From: Nitrospirales bacterium
GTDB taxonomy: Bacteria > Nitrospirota > Nitrospiria > Nitrospirales > UBA8639
Direction: 5' to 3'
DNA length: 64,000 nt
Assembly: GCA_965203295.1 (NCBI GenBank)
Contig: CBDBCZ010000019.1
Coordinates: 1,600,001-1,664,000 of the forward strand
How positions within the stretch are numbered: the first letter of the stretch is position 1; every line of letters starts with the position of its first letter. The translations under genes were made by a program, and so were the position numbers. The notes beneath the pieces were generated by a model. It had not been told where the DNA came from and did no database searches. It saw nothing but the letters and a program-made list of their open reading frames with translations. Positions 53,221 to 63,664 of the stretch are shown in pieces.

Positions 53221-53882
53221 GCCTTTGTTCTCTCCTCGTTAAATGATGACGTAAACTACCCAAAAGCCTGCCGTAATCCACGATGAATCCTTCTCATGCA
53301 TAAAAGCCAATTTCGGTGCATTACCCATGTTTTTCACAACCCGAATCTGGTTGTCTAGAATTCTCTGGAACGCATGCATGAATCTTATTCAGAAGTCGAA
53401 CTATTAAGTCTACTGTCAATAAACCATTGGTATATCACTTTGAATTCTTTTGCTTTCCTAAAGCCAATGTCGGCACAATATCCATGACTGACCACGATTT
53501 GTCGACCTTCTTCTGCGTAGGCTGTCCCCAATCATCCAGCTGGTTATCTGTTCACATATTGTCAGTTGTAAACAACCCCCCAAGGACTACGCACCTGACG
53601 GTTATCTCAGTTCGATATTATGGTATGCCTGATGTGAGGCTTTCGTAGTCAGCAATCTAGTAACTCTTGCCACGATCGGATGTCAATTTTATTGAGACAA
53701 ATAGTGCACAAAGGAATGCTAGGATATTGATCGCTCGAATGCACAACGAATACCCTAGTGTAAAATCCGCTATCTGAATTGAAAGACTACCCCCTTACCC
53801 GCTAATACTTCGGCTGCGCTTTTCATTATAAGAGCTTGCAACTAAACGGAAGGAGCATGATGTATCTGACTCAACAAAATAG

Positions 53883-54506
53883 CTTCGCGGAGTTCCAGCT
53901 CAGAATGAGATTACCGCTTACTCATCCAACTACCCGCACGATAAAGCCAAGGCGAGTGAGGGCGCTACGGGTGTCTTTGTTCCCTCTAATGTACTCCGAA
54001 TCCGAATTGGGGCCCCCTTAACTAAAGAAGAGGATCAAATTGCTCAAGACTTCTTTAGCTATCAAGTAGGCATGAGCCTCTATCTGAACGGATCCAAATC
54101 CCCGTATCTTTCCAATGGCATAGATATTTTACGTTCTGTGGTCGATCGTTTGAAAGATACAACTCTTGGGACCAAGGTGGCCTGTATCCTAGCGGCCTGT
54201 GAAGGCCGGCCTTTTTTCCAACAAAAGGATCGGGTCATGACGAGAAGTTACAAACCTAACCCCGACAAAGCCTTAAAGCTGACAGATTCCGCACTGGCTT
54301 ACATTAAAAAACAAAAAACCAAATCTTTAAACCTTTCTTACAACAACCTGATTCGATGTCGTGCAGAATACCGAAAGGTGCTAAGGCAAGTTCCGGAAGC
54401 CAAGAAGGAGCTGGCCACTCTTAGAAAAGATCTCGAGGAACTCGGTGTGGATATCCCCGTCTTGAAAGACATTAAATCGTTTGAAGACAGGCTGGGGAAA
54501 AAGTAA
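53883..54506 (+). pseudogene. 5'-truncated fragment of an unknown protein
   Basis: Frame open from 53883. The protein-like stretch PSNVLRIRIGAPLTKEEDQIAQDFFSYQVGMSLYLNGS extends upstream of the first ATG (54072). No credible start. Confidence 0.5.
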
Positions 54507-54543
54507 CAAGGTGTTTCATTGAGGGGAACTGTAAGCGGATTAT

Positions 54544-54636
54544 GCGAAGCCAGATTATCGCTTCACCGCGACGGGGGCTTTCGACCGCTTACTGACTGGC
54601 GCGAAGGTCGCCAACAAAAGTGGATACGGGTCTTGA
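54544..54636 (+). mobile_element. remnant C-terminal tail of an island recombinase (copy 1)
   Basis: Reads AKPDYRFTATGAFDRLLTGAKVANKSGYGS*, a degenerate direct repeat of the tail that abuts tRNA-Ala. Confidence 0.6.
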
Positions 54637-54824
54637 ACCATACTCCGTCGCCGACTCTGGCGTGAGACGTCTCTCGCCAGCTCCTTACAAGTGGACCTGT
54701 CCCCTTGTAAGATCCCCTCAAAGGGGGCGAACCCTCTTCGCCCCGCCGGTCGCGGGTCAAGTCTATTCACACTATGTTTGAAATAAATTCAGAGAGGTCG
54801 GACAAACGAACCTTTAGTGAAGTT

Positions 54825-54837
54825 TGGTGGAGGGCAG
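54825..54837 (-). repeat. att-like duplication of the tRNA-Ala 3' end
   Basis: TGGTGGAGGGCAG is identical to 56622-56634. Confidence 0.8.
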
Positions 54838-55338
54838 CCATTCCGCCCGTCGTTGACTCCCTTCCTCCAGATTAAAATTCAAGGGGTTGCCTTGGCGGCC
54901 TAAATGAATAGATCGGTCTCATCTAATGCCTTTTATTTCTTCTGAGAATTTCATTCTACCATTAGTTGTCATTAACCATACTGTTTGCTTGGGGGTGTGA
55001 ATCCAAGATTAAACAGTGGGATAAAGCCTGCTAAAAAGGAGAGACACCATCCTGTATGGAATTATATGAACTCTATCGCTCTAAAGTCACAACCCTTGAA
55101 TCGGAATGAAAAACTGAGCGGGCATCTTGCAGATGGGTCGCGCGCCTTTATTGGGCTTGGGAAACTACTTATGATAAACCGACTTTTCCCACTTTCGCCT
55201 CTAACTCTAAATGCCCAAACGTTTCATCATCTGAATACTTAATCGCCTTTTCTCGTGGGCCGGAAAAGGAAGAGTTTCGGGGGCGATCTTTGTCAATGTT
55301 GAATAGGAGCAGGATTTCTATCTCTGAAACACTCCTGT

Positions 55339-56268
55339 TTACTCCACTTTATCTTCAGGCAGGGAAAACTTGCCAAAACTTCCACCATCCAATGGCAAGG
55401 CAGCTCCACTCGCACGCTCATACAAGGGCTGAACCAGTCGTGCACTATGAGCCCCACCATATTGCACATACAAATCGTGTTCTTCTTGCGTAATTGGAAC
55501 AAGACGCGGGAGTAAAAGCCACCTTACCTTTTCCGTACAAGGGGGTGTTGTAAGAGATCCGTCATAGGCGTAATAACCAAGTTGCCAGTACTCCTTCTTC
55601 TGATTTCTTTTTCTATTCGGAATTACGTAAGGCCAACCTGTAAAAGTTCTGGAAGGCAAAAATTTTGTAAGATCAATTCTTAATGATTCAATACCTGTTT
55701 CTTTATCTGCCATTGATATGTTTTTAAGCACCGTGTCGAAAACAGAAATGCCTTGGCTGTCCTCAGTAACTTGCATGAAAACTGCAATGACGACAGCCTC
55801 ATAACTTTCATCACCGCCTGGTACTTCTCTTTTAGCTTTGCTAGGGAGAAACATCCAATGCATTTCCATACCAAACGGCTTGCTGCGCACCTTATGCTCG
55901 CTTGGTGCATGCCAGTGTACCTGGCTGAGCTCATAAGTCCTTCCGTCATATTTTAAGTCATTGCCTTCATCAGCCTTAAGATGAACAATGTTGTGTGAAT
56001 TGTCAGCCTGAAAATGCGTAGGGTCGAGATGTATTAAAGCCACAGCCAGGTTTGACTGATCAAAATGCTTGATATCAGTAATATTAACGGGAGACTGCTA
56101 GTATCCTTTGTTACAAACACCCTTCCAATGACTTGGCCCCTGCCCACCCTTATAACTCCAATCCTCGGCCCCCACAGAATTTGCCAAAAGTAGAAAAAGT
56201 ACCATAGAACAACGTACAAAATTTGAAGTTAAACTTCCTTTTCCTCGTATAGACGGGCATTGTTGCAT
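55339..56268 (-). pseudogene. secreted alpha-class carbonic anhydrase with in-frame TAG
   Basis: Signal peptide, WSYKGGQGPSHW, GY*QSPVNI (TAG at 56098-56100), QVHWHAPSEH, MEMH, YDGSLTTPPCTEKVRW. Start uncertain (56268 or 56205). Confidence 0.88.
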
Positions 56269-56469
56269 AAATCGACATTTCCCATATGAGGAATAACGTT
56301 CCTAGAAATCAGTCTTCATAAGGCGAACCTTCTATTGATATCAAAGTTTTACTTTGGATTTGCCCTGAAGTTTACCATTTTTGCTATCTTGTTTGATATT
56401 CGAATCTTTCCAATTCAAAATAAACGTTAATCGAGATTTCGGAGACCAACCTACCCTCTTCACTCGCCC

Positions 56470-56643
56470 CATTCCCCTAGCCCGCCCGATCTCAGAAAAC
56501 TCCTAAATGGGGACATCCTTTGTGAGTCAATCGTGGAAGGCGAAAAACCAGGTTATCGCTTCACTGTGAGGGGGGAGAGGTTTGACTGCTTACTGACTAT
56601 CGGGAAGTTGTTTAACGAAAGTGGTGGAGGGCAGGGGACTTGA
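56470..56643 (+). mobile_element. remnant C-terminal tail of an island recombinase (copy 2) running into the tRNA att site
   Basis: Reads IPLARP/LRKLLNGDILCESIVEGEKPGYRFTVRGERFDCLLTIGKLFNESGGGQGT*; the last codons are the antisense tRNA 3' end. Confidence 0.6.
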
Positions 56644-56697
56644 ACCCCCGACCCCGACGTTGCGAACGTCGTGCTCTCCCAACTGAGCTAGCCCCCC
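56622..56697 (-). tRNA. tRNA-Ala(CGC)
   Basis: 76 nt, GGGGGGC...GCCCTCC-ACCA with G3:U70; anticodon arm CGACG-TTCGCAA-CGTCG. Confidence 0.98.
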
Positions 56698-56775
56698 ACA
56701 TTTAATCCTGTTCTATTAGACTAGGTAGATTTTGTCTTTTTTCCCACTTTACCAAAAGGCCCAATAGCCTGCAAT

Positions 56776-57405
56776 TCAGTTTGGATCATGATCGGCTATT
56801 CGTACTCGGCGCCCTTCTATAGACAATTTTCCTTCAGCAAATAGTTGAATAGCTTGGGGATAAATCCGGTGTTCTTGTTCGAGAATTCTGGCTGATAACG
56901 TTTCCACCGTATCTCCCTTCTGAATCGGGACTGAGGCTTGCATGATGATGGGTCCTTCATCGACTCCTTCCGACACAAAATGAACGGTGCATCCTGAAAT
57001 TTTGGCTCCCCACTCCAGAGCTTGTTTCTGTGCATTGAGATCGGGAAAAGCCGGCAACAATGATGGATGAATATTCATGATCTTCCATGGATAGGCCTTT
57101 GTGAGTACTGGGGTCACGATTCGCATATACCCAGCCAACACAACAAGCCCAACCTTATGGTGTTCCAAAACACCTAAAATATTTTGGTCATAGTGCTGTC
57201 TGGCATCGCCTTCAGATTGTATGGCCTTGGGATCTAGAATGATATTTTTTATGCCATGGCGTTCGGCGCGTTGCAGGGCAAAGGCATCTGCCTTATTGCT
57301 TATCACGATTTCTATGGAAGCCTGCGATTGCCCAGATTCAATCGCATCGATCAGGGCTTGAAGATTTGACCCTCTTCCCGAAACTAATACTCCGATTCTC
57401 AACAT
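56776..57405 (-). CDS. purN: phosphoribosylglycinamide formyltransferase
   Basis: SGRGSNLQA, LAGYMRI, NIHPSLLP, GCTVHFV...D.GPII. Confidence 0.98.
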   Translation of the reverse strand: MLRIGVLVSGRGSNLQALIDAIESGQSQASIEIVISNKADAFALQRAERHGIKNIILDPKAIQSEGDARQHYDQNILGVLEHHKVGLVVLAGYMRIVTPVLTKAYPWKIMNIHPSLLPAFPDLNAQKQALEWGAKISGCTVHFVSEGVDEGPIIMQASVPIQKGDTVETLSARILEQEHRIYPQAIQLFAEGKLSIEGRRVRIADHDPN

Positions 57406-57467
57406 TTTTGGCCTACAGATTTCCCATTATTCCAAATATCAATCATCTGACACACGGCAAAAAACCA

Positions 57468-57500
57468 AAAAGTTCCTGGACAATATCTCCAGGAACTTTT
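57468..57500. terminator. perfect 13-bp hairpin with A/T flanks between purM and purN (terminator-like)
   Basis: AAAAGTTCCTGGA-CAATATC-TCCAGGAACTTTT. Confidence 0.7.
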
Positions 57501-57528
57501 ATTTGTCACACATCTGCGACGCTATTTT

Positions 57529-58569
57529 CTAGGATTTGTACACCACGCCAGTATTCAGCTCAACGCTCTGAACGATTTGCCCAATGATATATCCTTTTTC
57601 CCCTAACTCCCCTACCCGCAAGACAAGAGCAGGAGCTTGATCCGCGGGAACCACAAGCACAAACCCAATCCCCATATTAAACACACGATACATTTCCTCG
57701 ACGTCGATCTGCCCGAGCCTATCTAGAAAAGAGAATATAGGAGTGATATCCCATGAACCACGAGAAATTTCTGCCAGGCAGCCTTGAGGAAGAATTCGGG
57801 GAATGTTTTCCGTCAGCCCACCCCCGGTAATATGGGCCATACCATGAATTCGAAACTCTTTAAGAAGGGTTAAGATCGATTTCACATAAATCCGTGTGGG
57901 CGTTAACAACACTTCACCGAGGGAACATTCTGAATCTTCCCAACGGTCCTCGAGAGAGACAGTGTTTTGATCGAATAAAATCCTTCTCACTAATGAATAT
58001 CCATTGCTATGCAGTCCAGTGGAAGCGAAACCGACCACCGCATCGCCTGGCTGAATTCTTGACCCATTGATGATATTTGCACGTTCCACCGCACCGACCG
58101 CGAATCCGGCTAGTTCATATTCATTTCCATTGTACATCGAGGGCATTTCTGCTGTCTCCCCACCAATCAAGGCACAGCCTGCTTGACGACATCCCTCCAC
58201 CATCCCTTTGATAATGGACTCCCCTTTTGCAACCGACAGCTGGCCAACAGCAAGGTAATCTAAAAAAAACAACGGTTCGGCACCACTGACCAAGATATCG
58301 TTGACACACATGGCCACAAGATCGATTCCAATTGTGTCATGCTGATCCAACATAAAGGCGATTTTTAATTTTGTGCCAACACCATCGGTTCCAGAAACCA
58401 AGACTGGGTCGACATACTGCTTAGAAGATAATTCAAAGAGACCACCAAACCCGTCTAGGTCGCCAAGGACTTCTTTTCGATACGTAGACCGAACTAAAGG
58501 GGTGATTCGTCGCACCAACTCCTCACCCGCTTTAATGTTGACGCCAGCCTCTCGATAATCCATGGTCAT
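57529..58569 (-). CDS. purM: phosphoribosylformylglycinamidine cyclo-ligase
   Basis: TDGVGTK, DLVAMCVND, GGETAEMP, HSNGYSL, HITGGG, FNMGIG. Confidence 0.98.
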   Translation of the reverse strand: MTMDYREAGVNIKAGEELVRRITPLVRSTYRKEVLGDLDGFGGLFELSSKQYVDPVLVSGTDGVGTKLKIAFMLDQHDTIGIDLVAMCVNDILVSGAEPLFFLDYLAVGQLSVAKGESIIKGMVEGCRQAGCALIGGETAEMPSMYNGNEYELAGFAVGAVERANIINGSRIQPGDAVVGFASTGLHSNGYSLVRRILFDQNTVSLEDRWEDSECSLGEVLLTPTRIYVKSILTLLKEFRIHGMAHITGGGLTENIPRILPQGCLAEISRGSWDITPIFSFLDRLGQIDVEEMYRVFNMGIGFVLVVPADQAPALVLRVGELGEKGYIIGQIVQSVELNTGVVYKS

Positions 58570-58608
58570 CGTGTGGATAATAATATCGGTTCCTTGTCGA
58601 TCGTGATG

Positions 58609-59937
58609 CTATGAACGGACAAGTTCCACCAATGTTTCCATATGAGCGGTTTGAGGGAAAAGGTCAAAGGCCTGAATTCTGGAAATGTGATACCCAGATT
58701 CGACAAAACGACCCAAATCTCTGGCTAGGGTCGGAGCATCGCAAGAGAGATAGAAAATCCGAGGGACTTCAAGACGAAGAATTGAAGCAACAGAATCTGA
58801 AGAGAGTCCTGTCCGTGGTAGATCGAGAAGAAGCAGATCATACTCCCCAATTTGGGTTCGGACAAGAAATTCCTCAGCTCGGCCCACTCTAAACCGGCAT
58901 CCACCGATTTTATTGACTCTTGCATTCTTTCGAGCATCTGCGACCGCAAAAGGATTTAATTCGACCTGGGTCACCAAGAAACCCTGCCTGGCCAACAGCA
59001 ACCCCAAACACCCAGTCCCAGCGAATAATTCTAAAACACGGTGCCTAGGATGCTCTCCCACCCACTCCATCAAGGTCTGACCTATTTTTTTAAACAGAGG
59101 CCAATTCCCCTGCATAAACGACCGATCACCGACTTCGACGGATAAATCATGAAATTGTTCACAGAGAAAGTTTTGGCCACGAACTACTCGTTGCCTGATT
59201 TTACGAACATGTTTCGGCTGTTCTGATTGCCAGACAAGTCCAATGACTTGGGGAATCTTTCCAAGATGATCAAAATATTCCTCAATAGCGCCGACGTGTT
59301 CCGACTGACCACGAAGAAGGAGGAGAACAGACCCATCAACTGTTGATTGTCGTAATTCGATTCCACTGATCATCATGGAAGACGGTTGGTTAGTTTTCAT
59401 CTGATTTTCGATGGAATGTACAGCATTGCGCATGCTCTCAGGAATCAACAAACAACATGAAGCTGAAACAAAATCATGACTACCTTCACGATTCAAACCT
59501 AATTGCCACATTCCCTTGTGCTTCTGAACCATGAATCGAATCCAACTTCGATACCCGAAAGCAAACGGTGAGGGAACGGGTGCAAAAACCGGAGGGTTGT
59601 GGATGTGCCCAATTCGTCCAAGAGTTTCTTCAAGAACATGTTGTTTTTTGGATAACTGAACGTCATACTTAATGTGTTGAAGATGACACCCTCCACAGTT
59701 TCCGTACTGGGGACAAGGAGCAGATACGCGATCAGGGGACTGGACAAGAATTTTCTCGACTTGAGCTTTTTGATAGCCGCGACGATGGACAAAAGGCCTG
59801 ACGATCAATGTTTCGCCCGGCACGGCACCTCGGACAAAGGTGACAAGGTTCCCTTGATGACCGAGTCCCCACCCGCCGGCAACCAGCCGATCAATGACTA
59901 AGGGAGCTGCAGTATCTGGCATCGAGGTTGGTGTCAT
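58609..59937 (-). CDS. rlmD: 23S rRNA (uracil-C5)-methyltransferase, RlmD/TrmA family
   Basis: TRAM domain, CPQYGNCGGC Fe-S motif, SFMQ, LFAGTG, YLSCD..TLARD, FPQTAHME. Confidence 0.88.
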   Translation of the reverse strand: MTPTSMPDTAAPLVIDRLVAGGWGLGHQGNLVTFVRGAVPGETLIVRPFVHRRGYQKAQVEKILVQSPDRVSAPCPQYGNCGGCHLQHIKYDVQLSKKQHVLEETLGRIGHIHNPPVFAPVPSPFAFGYRSWIRFMVQKHKGMWQLGLNREGSHDFVSASCCLLIPESMRNAVHSIENQMKTNQPSSMMISGIELRQSTVDGSVLLLLRGQSEHVGAIEEYFDHLGKIPQVIGLVWQSEQPKHVRKIRQRVVRGQNFLCEQFHDLSVEVGDRSFMQGNWPLFKKIGQTLMEWVGEHPRHRVLELFAGTGCLGLLLARQGFLVTQVELNPFAVADARKNARVNKIGGCRFRVGRAEEFLVRTQIGEYDLLLLDLPRTGLSSDSVASILRLEVPRIFYLSCDAPTLARDLGRFVESGYHISRIQAFDLFPQTAHMETLVELVRS

Positions 59938-59975
59938 GGCGAGGGTATCGGAAGGTTGAATGTTTCGTTCTCTGG

Positions 59976-61349
59976 TCAGTTCTCTGAACGAAGTTCAACA
60001 TTCAGCAATTTAATCTTACGATGAAGGTGACTTCGTTCAATTTTGAGATCATCAGCCGTCTTCGACACATTCCAGTTGTTTTCCCGCAGCCGGTTTCCAA
60101 TATATTCTCGCTCAAACGCATTCCTGGCATCTCGAAGAGAACCAAAAACCATGGAAGGGTTAACCGTGCGGGGCATATTCGACTGAAATCCTGGCAGGAA
60201 AGGAAGAATATCTTCAGCATCGATGACAGGCTTGGGAACTAAGATCATCAGCCGCTCTAATTGATTGCGAAGTTCTCGAATATTACCTGGCCAATCATGT
60301 TGTCCCAACACAGCCATTGCCTCATTCGTGAAGCTTTTTAATTTTATTCCTTGCTCTTCTGCTTGAAGTCTCAGAAAATGCTGAGCCAAAGCTGGAATAT
60401 CTTCTTTACGATCCCGCAATGGCGGGACATCAATGGGCAGCACATTCAATCGATAAAATAAATCCTCACGGAAATTGCCTTTTTCAATTTCCTGTTTCAA
60501 ATCTTTGTTCGAAGCCGCAATAATTCTGACATTGACTTTGACAAGCTTGGTTCCACCTACACGTGTAAATTGCTGCTCTTGGAGAACTCGCAAGACTTTG
60601 GCTTGAGTCGCAACACTCATATCTGCGATTTCGTCAAGAAACAATGTCCCTCCATCTGCGAGATCAAATTTCCCGCGTTTTTGGGATACTGCTCCGGTGA
60701 ACGCACCACGCTCATGCCCAAATAATTCGGTTTCAATGAGTGTTTCGGTGATAGCAGCACAATTAATTTCGATAAATGGATGTGTACATCGAGGACTTTG
60801 TGAATGAATTGCTCGCGCTACTAATTCTTTTCCTGTCCCATTTTCTCCCGAAATAAGCACTCGACTATGCGTCGGCGCCGCAGCAGAGATGATTTGTCGT
60901 AGCTGCTGCATGGCAGGCGATGTCCCAACAAGTTCAAAGTGTCGTTCAACCTGAACTCGAAGGTTAAGGTTTTCTTCCTCCAGTTTGCGTTGGTGAAGGG
61001 CATTCTTTAGCAGAATGGTGACTTTTTGGAGATCAAGTGGTTTTTCTAAATAGTCATACGCCCCAAGTTTGGTGGATTTCACAGCAGTTTCGACCGACCC
61101 ATGTCCAGACATCATAATGACCGGCAAATTTGGACACTGCTGTTTGGCTCGCTTCAAGGTTTCCAATCCATCGAGTTCCGGCATCCAAATGTCGAGCATC
61201 ACTAAATCAGGAGGGTCCGCCTTGATGATCTTGAGTGCTTCAACTCCACTCTTTGCAAGCGTCACTTGATAACCTTCGTCCTCAAGGATGCTACTTAACG
61301 CATTCAGAATGGCGGGTTCATCATCAACTAGACAAATACTGCTCGACAC
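59976..61349 (-). CDS. ntrX: sigma-54-dependent response regulator, NtrX-like
   Basis: Receiver domain (LDIWMP, MMSGHG), GENGTGKE, GAFTGA, WPGNIRELRN, HTH ERSHLHRK. Confidence 0.88.
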   Translation of the reverse strand: MSSSICLVDDEPAILNALSSILEDEGYQVTLAKSGVEALKIIKADPPDLVMLDIWMPELDGLETLKRAKQQCPNLPVIMMSGHGSVETAVKSTKLGAYDYLEKPLDLQKVTILLKNALHQRKLEEENLNLRVQVERHFELVGTSPAMQQLRQIISAAAPTHSRVLISGENGTGKELVARAIHSQSPRCTHPFIEINCAAITETLIETELFGHERGAFTGAVSQKRGKFDLADGGTLFLDEIADMSVATQAKVLRVLQEQQFTRVGGTKLVKVNVRIIAASNKDLKQEIEKGNFREDLFYRLNVLPIDVPPLRDRKEDIPALAQHFLRLQAEEQGIKLKSFTNEAMAVLGQHDWPGNIRELRNQLERLMILVPKPVIDAEDILPFLPGFQSNMPRTVNPSMVFGSLRDARNAFEREYIGNRLRENNWNVSKTADDLKIERSHLHRKIKLLNVELRSEN

Positions 61350-61366
61350 GAAAACCTCCTCCAGTC

Positions 61367-63664
61367 CTATACAGGGAACACCATGGTAAATTCAGCTCCT
61401 TGGGGTAAATGATTAGCAACCTGAATGGATCCGTTGTGATCAGTTACAATTCGCTGAACAATGGCTAAACCTAATCCCGTACCGGTTCGCTTTTTTGAAA
61501 AATAGGGAAGAAAAAGCTTTTCTTGGTCCTCTTGTCGGATACCTGGACCTTCATCAGCCATTTTGATCGTAGTCCGTTGCTGTTTCCAATTGACCTCCGT
61601 CGAAACCCAAACTTTCCCTTTCTGATCCATTACCTGAATGGCGTTGTCAAATAGATTTACAAACACTCGTTTGATCTGGTCTCGATCAAGGTTTATCAGG
61701 GGCATAGAGGGATCGAGGGAAGTGATGAACTCGATATCCCGATGGGCATCGGCATAGAGGGCAATCACATTTTCAATGATGTCATGAAGAGATTCACGAG
61801 TCATGTGTGGAGCCGGCATTCTGGCAAATTTCGAAAATTCATCAATCATTCGCTTCAAACTACTCACTTCATTGACAATCACCCCTGTTGACTGATCAAA
61901 GATATCGCTGAAGTCAGGAGCCTTCTCAAAGAATTTTTTCCTCAAGCGCTGTGCGGATAATTGAATGGGAGTCAAAGGATTCTTAATTTCATGTGCAATC
62001 CGTTGTGCGACTTCCTGCCATGCTGCAACTTTCTGCGCCTTGATTAAATCCGTTCGATCCTCAAACACCAACACAAATCCCAAATCCTTGCCTGCTTCAT
62101 TCCGCATACGAGAAAGATTCAACCCAACCGTCAATAGTTTTCCTTTGACATCCATTTGCCCATCAAGCGATAGACTGTCACGCCCATCGATCAAAATCCG
62201 ATCATAAGCCTCTTGAAACAAACTCAACTCACGTTCTTTAAAGACCTCAAACACCGGACGTCCCCGAATCTCCTCCGCCTTGACGCCAAGGATTCGCTCC
62301 GCTGAATGGTTGAATGTCGTAATCGTTGACGCGACATCAATAGACAGAACTCCGGAGGCAATGGTATCAACAACCACTTCTGTATAAGCCCTCCGCCGGT
62401 CAGCCTCGGCATTGGATTGAATCAAGGATAGATTAACTTCCTCAATTTTGGCTTTACCCGTGGCAAGATCCGTGGTCATGCGGTTGAAGGAGTCGACAAG
62501 GGTCCCTATTTCATCGGTTGCTTTCACGGCAACGCGCACATCCAGATCACCTCGAGCAACCGCTTCCGTCCCTTCGGCGAGTTTTTGAATGGGTACGGTA
62601 ATCCCTCGGGCCACATAAAATCCAAACCAGGTGGCGCTAAACAATAGGAGGACTGTTACGACCGCGACGAAAAGGTAAGCCCCCGCTTTGATCGGGTTTT
62701 GCATAGCTTTAATTTGCCGATAGTCCTTATATTTTTTGGCAAACCCTTCCATTTTTTCCAGAAGAAGTTCTGATACATACGCATCGACGACCACGACACC
62801 GGAGACCCCATTGGGGTCCATATTTGAGAATATGGGCGCAGCAGCCTGAATAAGCCTTCCGACCTGGGCATCCTGTACCACTGTTTGTTCTTGACGTGTA
62901 TCCAACACTTTCATCACTAATTGCGACACTGGAAGGTTCAGGACGGATTCGGGCACGTTGGGATCGACCATGTGAGCAAGTCTTTCAAGTTTTGCGGAAA
63001 AAACTTTCACTCCAGCAAGATTAAACTCCGTGCGTTTCCTTGCCATTGCAGCTATCAGAAGTTCTTGATGTTCTGGGCGAAACATATCCTCTCGAAAAAT
63101 TTCCCGACTGATAGCCAGGGCAGACTTTTCAGCAAGTTCGATCTGTCCTTGGTGATACACCACATACATATCCTCTGAATCTTTCAGTACTTGCTCGACT
63201 TGTTCACTAAACCAGATCTTCATCACCTCGCTAATAACTCCGCTGGCAACAAAAGCCAACAACACAGTAGGAATCAAGGAAAACCCAATGAATGCCGCAA
63301 TGAGTTTGGTTCGAAATCCCGAACCAAAGAGACGGTGACGACGTTCGAAGTAGGCTTTAATCAGGTTACGGGAGAGAAGGAGTGTGAGGACGACTAACCC
63401 CACGATATCAAGGTAAACCAGAAAGAGGACCAGGGCATAACTAGGAGTCGGCAGGATGGAATTGAGTTTGGTATCTCCCCCAATCCCATAGCGGGCATAG
63501 TACATGGTGAGAAGCAAACACGGTACAAGGAGGAGGAGGACGATCCATACAGGCTTGAGATGGAGACTTTGCCCTCGGTCGACTGGCTCTTCTTCCTGAA
63601 TAAGGCGCTTTTTTCTTTTGGAAGAAGGTGGCTTTGAAGATGTTAATTTCGAAGGAGTAAACAT
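61367..63664 (-). CDS. ntrY: sensor histidine kinase, NtrY-like (HAMP, PAS, HisKA, HATPase)
   Basis: AWQEVAQRIAHEIKNPLTPIQLSAQRL, EFSKFARMP, GTGLGL; several N-terminal TM helices. Confidence 0.9.
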   Translation of the reverse strand: MFTPSKLTSSKPPSSKRKKRLIQEEEPVDRGQSLHLKPVWIVLLLLVPCLLLTMYYARYGIGGDTKLNSILPTPSYALVLFLVYLDIVGLVVLTLLLSRNLIKAYFERRHRLFGSGFRTKLIAAFIGFSLIPTVLLAFVASGVISEVMKIWFSEQVEQVLKDSEDMYVVYHQGQIELAEKSALAISREIFREDMFRPEHQELLIAAMARKRTEFNLAGVKVFSAKLERLAHMVDPNVPESVLNLPVSQLVMKVLDTRQEQTVVQDAQVGRLIQAAAPIFSNMDPNGVSGVVVVDAYVSELLLEKMEGFAKKYKDYRQIKAMQNPIKAGAYLFVAVVTVLLLFSATWFGFYVARGITVPIQKLAEGTEAVARGDLDVRVAVKATDEIGTLVDSFNRMTTDLATGKAKIEEVNLSLIQSNAEADRRRAYTEVVVDTIASGVLSIDVASTITTFNHSAERILGVKAEEIRGRPVFEVFKERELSLFQEAYDRILIDGRDSLSLDGQMDVKGKLLTVGLNLSRMRNEAGKDLGFVLVFEDRTDLIKAQKVAAWQEVAQRIAHEIKNPLTPIQLSAQRLRKKFFEKAPDFSDIFDQSTGVIVNEVSSLKRMIDEFSKFARMPAPHMTRESLHDIIENVIALYADAHRDIEFITSLDPSMPLINLDRDQIKRVFVNLFDNAIQVMDQKGKVWVSTEVNWKQQRTTIKMADEGPGIRQEDQEKLFLPYFSKKRTGTGLGLAIVQRIVTDHNGSIQVANHLPQGAEFTMVFPV

